From an uncultured virus (IMG/VR IMGVR_UViG_3300046524_000185) (taxonomy: Duplodnaviria > Heunggongvirae > Uroviricota > Caudoviricetes), in IMG/VR virus record IMGVR_UViG_3300046524_000185: 64,000 bases of DNA; one strand, written 5' to 3'. A model generated the notes under the pieces. It was given only the letters and a program-made list of their open reading frames with translations. It ran no database searches and was not told the DNA's origin. Position numbers and translations under genes: made by a program. Every line of letters begins with the position of its first letter. Within the stretch, counting starts at the first letter, position 1. Shown in pieces: positions 58,188-64,000 of the stretch.

Positions 58188-58448
58188 ATGAACCTCTACT
58201 ACCTGAGCGGAACCAACGAGGAGGGCGAGGACTTCTCGCTGCACGTCGTCGCCCCGAACATGTTCCAGGCCCACGCCATGTGGAAAGAACACTGGGAAGC
58301 GACTTTCTTCCTCGCATCACCAAGCCACGGCTCACCGAACGCCAAGGTCGAGGACAAGCTCCTGATCTACGAGATTGTCTACGAGCCTGACACGGCCGGC
58401 GTCGTCGAGTGGGGCAGGGACGCCATGATCGTGGGATACGTGGAATGA
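58188..58448 (+). CDS. Hypothetical protein
   Basis: GGAGA SD; 86 aa. Confidence 0.55.
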   Translation: MNLYYLSGTNEEGEDFSLHVVAPNMFQAHAMWKEHWEATFFLASPSHGSPNAKVEDKLLIYEIVYEPDTAGVVEWGRDAMIVGYVE

Positions 58449-58609
58449 GATTTGTGATCTGGAACCTGAGCCAGCGGAAGTATGTCGCGCCGCTGGGGTT
58501 GAAATCGAGCTACACCCAGTTCATCCATAAGGCACGAACGTTCCCGACTCGCCAAGCCGCTGAGGCGGATTGCTGCGGCGACGAACGAGTTCGCGAGATT
58601 GACGGCTAA
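58445..58609 (+). CDS. Hypothetical protein
   Basis: ATGA-coupled; SSYT.....AR.F.TR.AAEA..C..E. Confidence 0.5.
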   Translation: MRFVIWNLSQRKYVAPLGLKSSYTQFIHKARTFPTRQAAEADCCGDERVREIDG

Positions 58610-58692
58610 GCAGACGCACCCTGCCAGGTGCATCGGGGAGGATAGGCCACCCCGACCAGGCGAAGGCCTCGCCGTCATTCTGGAGGTGAACT

Positions 58693-58782
58693 ATGTGGTG
58701 GATACCATTTAGTTTCACGCTGACGATAAGGAAAACCCGCACGAGCTGGCAGGCTACCGTGCGGGTGTCATTCCTTAGCTAA
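58693..58782 (+). CDS. 29-aa peptide MWWIPFSFTLTIRKTRTSWQATVRVSFLS, type I toxin-like candidate
   Basis: Strong GGAGGTGA SD; structured flanks; downstream anti-SD at 58818-58826. Too short for the ORF track. Confidence 0.55.
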   Translation: MWWIPFSFTLTIRKTRTSWQATVRVSFLS

Positions 58783-58849
58783 GCAGTAAATGGGAGGCAG
58801 GGTTCGCGCCCTGTCTCTCACTCCAGCTCCCAATATAATCCCCCATCTC

Positions 58850-58880
58850 AGCCCTGACAACTGTCGGGGCTTTTTCTTTT
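58850..58880 (+). terminator. Intrinsic terminator
   Basis: AGCCCTGACA-AC-TGTCGGGGCT-TTTTCTTTT. Confidence 0.7.
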
Positions 58881-58890
58881 GGAGAACCCG

Positions 58891-59091
58891 ATGCTGCCAT
58901 CAGCAGTGCATTTCGAGGGTAGGGGCTTTGGCAAGTTCCACTACCGCAAGCTGGGCTTCCGCCCGCCGAAGAAGGGCGAATTTTACCTGAGCGGCGCAAT
59001 CGTTCAAGCGTATCGAGCCCCGAACGACCTCTCGACGCCGTACCACGTCGTCGAACCAACCGCTGAAGCTTACAAGCTGGTGAGAGCATGA
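58891..59091 (+). CDS. Hypothetical protein
   Basis: R.PKKGE.YLSGA...AYRAPNDL; GGAGA SD. Confidence 0.6.
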   Translation: MLPSAVHFEGRGFGKFHYRKLGFRPPKKGEFYLSGAIVQAYRAPNDLSTPYHVVEPTAEAYKLVRA

Positions 59092-59324
59092 CTAAGAAAC
59101 TCGACCTCTACAAGACCCAGTTCCTTTTCGAGACCAATGGTCTGTCCCAAACAATCAGGATGTACCGGCGTAAGAACGCCACCGTGCTCTTTGGCAAGAA
59201 TGGCCCGATCCGGAGGATCTCTTCATTGGAGTGGCAGGCACTCAAGAAGAATTTCCCAGAGGAAACGAAAGCAGATGGTCTTTACGTCAAAAACGTTTGG
59301 ATGCTTGAGGAGGTTGCAGCGTGA
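59088..59324 (+). CDS. Hypothetical protein
   Basis: ATGA-coupled 78-aa ORF. Confidence 0.5.
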   Translation: MTKKLDLYKTQFLFETNGLSQTIRMYRRKNATVLFGKNGPIRRISSLEWQALKKNFPEETKADGLYVKNVWMLEEVAA

Positions 59325-59518
59325 CCGTTTGCCCACGATGCGACGACACAGGCCTCGCAGACAGCGGCGGCTCGCACCCTTGGGGTGAGCCGATCTCGAT
59401 CCCCTGCGACTGCAAAGAAGAGCCGGATTGCTTCGACTGCATTGGGCTGCTGCTGCAAACAGGCATCTGCTTCTGCGATAGCCAGGGCGTGCCGAGGGGA
59501 GGACCAGGCAATGACTGA
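59321..59518 (+). CDS. Cys-rich small protein
   Basis: CPRC..TG, CDC, CFDC, CFC. Confidence 0.5.
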   Translation: MTVCPRCDDTGLADSGGSHPWGEPISIPCDCKEEPDCFDCIGLLLQTGICFCDSQGVPRGGPGND

Positions 59519-59873
59519 TTTCATCAACACGCTCGAGCTAAGCGTCCGAGCCGGCAACCTGCTGCGGAACAACGGTATCACAACCGCTGAGCAGTTCCTC
59601 GAGATCACCTGGTCGATCGTGAAGAAGTGGAAGGGTGGTGGGCAACGCACATGGTTCGAAATTCTCGATCTGCAGCGTTATGTTCACCGCGAGCTCAAAG
59701 AGCAAGAACGACAGCGGCGCCGCGAAACCTTGCCGGGGAGGGCGCTCATTGCCCTCCGCACGCTCAACGAACTCCTGCCCGAGCTGACCGACAAAGGATG
59801 GTTCGTGCGCCAGGATCCCAAGGGTAACTACCGGCTCGCTCGGTACGTCGTGACGGAGGATCTCGATGGGTGA
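59511..59873 (+). CDS. RNA polymerase alpha-CTD-like (HhH) domain protein
   Basis: INTLELSVRAGNLLRNNGITT...GGGQRTWFEI resembles alpha-CTD LELSVR..N.L...I......G.KS..EI; GGAGG SD. Confidence 0.7.
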   Translation: MTDFINTLELSVRAGNLLRNNGITTAEQFLEITWSIVKKWKGGGQRTWFEILDLQRYVHRELKEQERQRRRETLPGRALIALRTLNELLPELTDKGWFVRQDPKGNYRLARYVVTEDLDG

Positions 59874-60156
59874 GATGGCCGATGAGATGATCGACCGGAT
59901 GATTTTCGGCCGAAACCACTACTTCGAACGGAGCCGCAAGCGGCCGACCTACCAGTCTGGATCCGGTGACTTCATGTGGCGATCGGCCGAGGGTCTGATC
60001 AACATGTACGACATGACGCCCGAGCACCGCGAGAACGCGATGGAAGTCTGCCGCCGCAAGGGCAATTCCGGAAAACTGAAGCAGCTGGAGCAAGTCCAGC
60101 GAGAGATGAGAAAGGCTCGACCACATGAGTTCTCCGAAGACATACCGTTCACCTAA
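59866..60156 (+). CDS. Hypothetical protein
   Basis: MGEMADEMID; W.S.EG...DMT.EH..N; GGAGG SD. Confidence 0.6.
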   Translation: MGEMADEMIDRMIFGRNHYFERSRKRPTYQSGSGDFMWRSAEGLINMYDMTPEHRENAMEVCRRKGNSGKLKQLEQVQREMRKARPHEFSEDIPFT

Positions 60157-60361
60157 CGGCACCAGGATCCTCGGGATTCTGGAAACGGTCCCCGGGATCG
60201 CGCTGATTAGTTCGATCAACCACGACGGTACACCCAACTATGGTGGTGGGACCGATCTGATCTGGGACGAACAACAGCCCGACCTGAAAAGTGGGAACAT
60301 GATCTACGTCGACGAAGATGGAGAGGAGTGGACCTTCGACCAGCTCACCCCAGACGACTAG
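60125..60361 (+). CDS. Hypothetical protein
   Basis: SPNG..I.G.LE, Y.GGT...W, YVDEDGEEW. Confidence 0.6.
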   Translation: MSSPKTYRSPNGTRILGILETVPGIALISSINHDGTPNYGGGTDLIWDEQQPDLKSGNMIYVDEDGEEWTFDQLTPDD

Positions 60362-60388
60362 GCCCGCCTCGAGCGGGCCTTTTCTTTT
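60360..60388 (+). terminator. Intrinsic terminator
   Basis: AGGCCCGC-CTCGA-GCGGGCCT-TTTCTTTT. Confidence 0.7.
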
Positions 60389-60475
60389 CGAGTTCTGAGA
60401 ACTCACGCCGATCACCAATTGTCCCCACCACAGGGGACCGACTACCAAAATTACGCAACTTCATCAGGAGATACT

Positions 60476-61342
60476 ATGAAGAAATTCCTCCTCGGCGCCA
60501 TTGCGGCGCTGCTCATTTCCATGCCTGCTCATGCCGCAACTATCCGCCTCTGCACTGGCGCCGCTGACCAGCCCTACGCCGCGGCCGGCGAGCTGATCAA
60601 GGCCGAAGCCCGGGGTTCCGGTCTCGACGTCGAGGTCATCACCGATACCGGCGGCACCTGGGGCAACATCCAGCAGTCGCTGCAGGGCAAGTGCGAAGCT
60701 TTCATCGGTCAGCCAGATGGCTTGGCTTATCTGAAGCGAACCTCCGCGGGCGATGCTGCCAAGTTCACGCCGATCGCGGATCTGCACCGTGAATACCTCC
60801 ATGCTCTCTGCGCCAAGGACTCGGGCGTCGATGACATTGGGGATCTCGAGAACGATCCGAAGAATTACTCGATCGCCCTTGGCGACCGAGGTTCCGGCGC
60901 CTGGTTGATCTGGCAGAACTTCATCGCTGAAGATGAAGATTATGCAGCCGTCCGCACCACGGACGAGAGCGGTGACATTGCATTGTCGTCGATCGCCAAC
61001 AACCAGACCACCTGTGGCCTCTTCCCAGCAGCCCTTGGCAATTCGACAGTCCGCTCGGCCGACGAACTCTATGGCTCGGGCCTCGCACTGGTCGGCGTGA
61101 ACGATAAGGACTTCGACGACGCTGTCGATCCGCAAGGCAAGCCACTCTACACCTACACCGAGATCCCATCCGGCACCTACAAGAAGAGCCTGCAGGGCTG
61201 GTTCGACGGCAAGGATACGGTCTCGTGGACGGCCAAGGTCTACATCAACAAGACGACGCTCACCGACCAGGTCGCTCTGAAGACCTTCATCCGCACGGTC
61301 ATGAAGGCTCGCACGGCGATCGTCTCCAACTTCGGATCCTAA
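60476..61342 (+). CDS. TAXI-family-like periplasmic solute-binding protein
   Basis: Signal peptide ending AHA; TG....Y...G, T.G...N, Q.D, E..H, G..GSG; AGGAG SD. Confidence 0.7.
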   Translation: MKKFLLGAIAALLISMPAHAATIRLCTGAADQPYAAAGELIKAEARGSGLDVEVITDTGGTWGNIQQSLQGKCEAFIGQPDGLAYLKRTSAGDAAKFTPIADLHREYLHALCAKDSGVDDIGDLENDPKNYSIALGDRGSGAWLIWQNFIAEDEDYAAVRTTDESGDIALSSIANNQTTCGLFPAALGNSTVRSADELYGSGLALVGVNDKDFDDAVDPQGKPLYTYTEIPSGTYKKSLQGWFDGKDTVSWTAKVYINKTTLTDQVALKTFIRTVMKARTAIVSNFGS

Positions 61343-61557
61343 CAACCGTCTCTGCGAATGGCTCCCCCCGCAGGGGAGCCCTTCATGGAGCCCGTTGGCT
61401 CAGAAGGGTGAGATCATGATTTTCGCAATCATCAACAATCTGCCCGAGCTGGCGCTCGGAGTGTGCTGGTCCTGGTTCATGTTCAACCGGGGCCGGTGGT
61501 GGCAACGCCGCCAACAACAATAATCTGAAATCAACCAAACACATCAAGGAGATACAT

Positions 61558-62013
61558 ATGTTTGGACTTTTGAAAAAAGCAGCAGGCGCAGCAGCAACCG
61601 AAATCAAGGGTGCGAACGGCGAAAACAGTGATGCACTCGAAGCAGCATGTGCTGCAGCTGCCCTCGCAGCGGCCGGCGACGGCGACATTGGTTCGTCGGA
61701 GAAGGCTAAGGCCCTGCAGCTGATCAAGAACAATAAGCGTGTCGGTGGCATCTACAAGGAGTCGGATATCGAGCGTCTGCTCGACCTGTACTTCAAGAAG
61801 GCCGAAGACGGCTCTGGTCGCAACGAGTTGGCCCGCGAACTAGGCGACCTGAAGTCTCACCCGAACGCCAAAGTCATGCAGGAAGACTGCTACCTGATCG
61901 CGAAGGACGTCTGCACCGATCCGAAGACCGGTCTGATCGACGACAAGGAACAGGTGATGCTCGACAAGATCGCCAAGGTGCTCAACGTCAACCCCGACGA
62001 CTTCAGCTTCTAA
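61558..62013 (+). CDS. TerB-family protein
   Basis: AAAALAAAGDG.I..SE and IDDKE..ML.KIA..L paired motifs; AAGGAG SD. Confidence 0.75.
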   Translation: MFGLLKKAAGAAATEIKGANGENSDALEAACAAAALAAAGDGDIGSSEKAKALQLIKNNKRVGGIYKESDIERLLDLYFKKAEDGSGRNELARELGDLKSHPNAKVMQEDCYLIAKDVCTDPKTGLIDDKEQVMLDKIAKVLNVNPDDFSF

Positions 62014-62037
62014 TCGACCCGTTCGATAGACGACCAG

Positions 62038-62069
62038 AAAGGCCACCACCTCGGTGGCCTTTTTCTTTT
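62038..62069 (+). terminator. Intrinsic terminator
   Basis: AAAGGCCACC-ACCTC-GGTGGCCTTTTTCTTTT. Confidence 0.75.
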
Positions 62070-62084
62070 AACGAGGAGATCTGC

Positions 62085-62849
62085 ATGAAAATCACGATTT
62101 GGTCCGTCGCCACGGACTCCCGCGACATGGGTCTGCAGACCCAAACCTTTGGCACTGAGAAAGAAGCTCGAGCCGCCTTCAAAGCTGAGGTCGACAGCAT
62201 CTGGTCGACGTGGTCGGATCACCTTCACGACGAACCTGATCAACCCGAGGATCCGCAGGATGCCTACGATCTCCTGAACGAAGAGATCGACGACTTCTCC
62301 GACTACATCCTGCTCGACAGCCAGGAGGTCGACGTCCCGTTCCCGGACTACGGCCACGAGATCGAGGCAGCACTCTGCGCCTGGGAGTGGATGAACGAAA
62401 AGCCGCAGTACGAAAAATACGCTGAACTTTGGGACGCCTTCGGCTCCCCAGGCATGCGGATGGCATCGGTCCAGGCTGGCAAGATCGTCCTGACGGTCCA
62501 CGACCTGATGGAAGCCAAGGGTTTCGACTACACCACCGCCTATGACTTCCAGTTCGTGCCAGGCGTGCTCGAGCAGCTCGATTGGAACACGCTCGTCGAC
62601 AACAACCAATACGGCGACTCGAGCTACAGGCCCGATCCTGAGCCGATCCTCGTGAAGATGATGGCAGACCACCCCGAGGACTTCTCAGACCACTGGCTCG
62701 AAACAGCCAAGGCCGAGGCCAAGAAGCAGTGGGCCTTCCCCGAGCTCGTCACCGAACACGAAGACAGCATCGATCGCACCGAGAAGCCGGCGGACTGGGT
62801 CCGACGCATTGGTGAGAAGTATGGTCTGTCACCGGCCGGGAGCTGGTGA
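62085..62849 (+). CDS. Acidic hypothetical protein
   Basis: 254 aa, GAGGAG SD. Confidence 0.65.
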   Translation: MKITIWSVATDSRDMGLQTQTFGTEKEARAAFKAEVDSIWSTWSDHLHDEPDQPEDPQDAYDLLNEEIDDFSDYILLDSQEVDVPFPDYGHEIEAALCAWEWMNEKPQYEKYAELWDAFGSPGMRMASVQAGKIVLTVHDLMEAKGFDYTTAYDFQFVPGVLEQLDWNTLVDNNQYGDSSYRPDPEPILVKMMADHPEDFSDHWLETAKAEAKKQWAFPELVTEHEDSIDRTEKPADWVRRIGEKYGLSPAGSW

Positions 62850-63055
62850 TGGCTCGGTATCGGTTGGATCTCAAGAACAAGACCGATGCCCAATGTCGGG
62901 AACTCGCTCGACTTTACTACGACCGAGCCCGCCGCGCCGAAGCCAAGCTCGAGCTTTCCGAGAAGCTTCTTCAAGCCACAACCGACCGCTTGCGTTTCGT
63001 GGAGGGGCTCATTCGCGAACTCCATTTCACCGTCAACGATGGTCCAGATCAGTAG
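62849..63055 (+). CDS. Hypothetical protein
   Basis: TGATG-coupled ORF. Confidence 0.5.
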   Translation: MARYRLDLKNKTDAQCRELARLYYDRARRAEAKLELSEKLLQATTDRLRFVEGLIRELHFTVNDGPDQ

Positions 63056-63064
63056 GAGATCCTA

Positions 63065-63412
63065 ATGACCAAGACAGTATTCCGCCGCGGAGACATCGTC
63101 TCCGTTCAAGCCATCGTCAATACCCATTACACCGAGGGTGACATCCTCAAGGATCAGGTGAAGATCGAGATCGAAGGTACCCATCAAAGCATTTTCGTGA
63201 AGCCCGACCAGCTCACACTTCAGATCCCGTTCTTCGCTCCAGGCGAGCGAGTCCGGAAGAAGAACAGCGGCCGAACACCAATCACTGGCGTCGTCGTGGC
63301 GAACAGCGAAGACTCCGTGTGGGTCAAATTCGACAACGGCAAGCATGGCACCATGCCGGCCGTCGAGCTCGAGCCGCTTGAGAGGGAGAAGCCACATGTG
63401 GTTGCGGCTTGA
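63065..63412 (+). CDS. Hypothetical protein with two SH3/KOW-like repeats
   Basis: FRRGDIV and FAPGERV; AGGAG SD. Confidence 0.6.
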   Translation: MTKTVFRRGDIVSVQAIVNTHYTEGDILKDQVKIEIEGTHQSIFVKPDQLTLQIPFFAPGERVRKKNSGRTPITGVVVANSEDSVWVKFDNGKHGTMPAVELEPLEREKPHVVAA

Positions 63413-63710
63413 CGATGACCAAATCCAAACTCTCCAAACTCTGGTGGATATCGGCCTCCGCCTCCGTGGTGAAGATGAAGGACGACGCCACCTCGCCGGG
63501 ATCCAGAAGGTTCTCACAGATGGACCCCACCCCGATACCGAGGCCTTCGCTGCAGCTGTCCAAACCAGCGACGAGCTCGAGGTTGATGGCGACACGGTCA
63601 TCTCTCGCGGCGACGACGGCGCTTTCGTTATGTCCTGGTCCTGGGTCTCGAATGAAGACGCCGGCCTCCAGGTAGACGAAGAAGACGAAGAAGAGGAAGA
63701 AGAAAATTGA
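63396..63710 (+). CDS. Hypothetical protein with acidic tail
   Basis: ELEVDGD..IS.G.DGAFVM.W.WV. Confidence 0.6.
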   Translation: MWLRLDDDQIQTLQTLVDIGLRLRGEDEGRRHLAGIQKVLTDGPHPDTEAFAAAVQTSDELEVDGDTVISRGDDGAFVMSWSWVSNEDAGLQVDEEDEEEEEEN

Positions 63711-64000
63711 TTACCGGACACACTCTCATTGAATGGGGCTTCCAACGAGGTCCGTGGTTTGCAGACGCGATCAGCTACGCCAACCAGCTCACCGCAAACG
63801 GCAAGTCCGAAGACGAGGTTAAGGCCTTCCTGACGGAGATGCAGCCCACGATCCCGCCGGAGATCTTGGTTCGCACGAACTCGATCCCGTTCAGCCGGTT
63901 CATCGAACCCGAGACTGACGACGAGATCCTGAACACGACCTCGGTCCTCACCCACATGGACGCACTTGTCCGGACGCCCACGATCGAGCGGGCGGCGGTC
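63707..64000 (+). CDS. rtcB: Probable RtcB-family RNA ligase, N-terminal fragment (runs off window)
   Basis: Translated by hand: MITGHTLIEWGFQRGPWF...SVLTHMDALVRTPTIERAAV, resembling the N-terminus that precedes the MPDA motif in one RtcB clade. Catalytic motifs are not in the window. Confidence 0.55.
   Translation, partial: MITGHTLIEWGFQRGPWFADAISYANQLTANGKSEDEVKAFLTEMQPTIPPEILVRTNSIPFSRFIEPETDDEILNTTSVLTHMDALVRTPTIERAAV

Noticed and set aside
58790..58826. tRNA-like T-arm (GGTTCG) followed by CCA
   Set aside because: Loop lacks the conserved A58 and no D or anticodon arms can be built; treated as the 3' hairpin of the peptide locus.

Overview
The window is a 64-kb slice of a large lambda-like tailed (siphovirus-type) phage genome. 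The host is probably an alphaproteobacterium (Rhizobiales), inferred from a GTTC-N7-GTTC LexA box, a rhizobial-type dif site, a repABC-like ctRNA promoter and a DUF982-like gene. Layout: (1) 1-6.5 kb, + strand: end of an SbcC/Rad50 ATPase, an HTH gene, three nucleotide hydrolases (HD, DUF5664-like, MazG-like) and class I RNR nrdB-nrdA. (2) 6.5-42 kb, - strand: terminase, portal, fibre cluster, SGNH esterase, protease, capsid, neck, tail tube, G/GT frameshift chaperones, tape measure with an internal lysozyme, tail tip M-L-K(split)-I-J, and lysis genes. (3) 42-45 kb, + strand: Prim-Pol/D5 primase-helicase. (4) 45-64 kb, mostly + strand: about 45 small early/accessory genes. The most notable result is a set of plasmid-maintenance parts scattered through the phage: an HTH Rep-like gene with a counter-transcribed RNA inside the tail operon, a XerCD dif-like site beside the lysis genes, ParA plus a small partner with palindromic repeats, and an uncalled 29-aa peptide locus built like a type I toxin. 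Together these suggest a phage-plasmid, possibly with a second (lytic) origin near 47.7 kb. Other points: a recurrent AGTTCTnAGAACT palindrome, a TTGnAn-N16-CCAynT late-promoter family, four paralogs of one small protein, an RNAP alpha-CTD-like protein, TAXI-like and TerB-like genes, and the start of an RtcB-like gene. All family calls come from motif recognition by eye; no database search was run.
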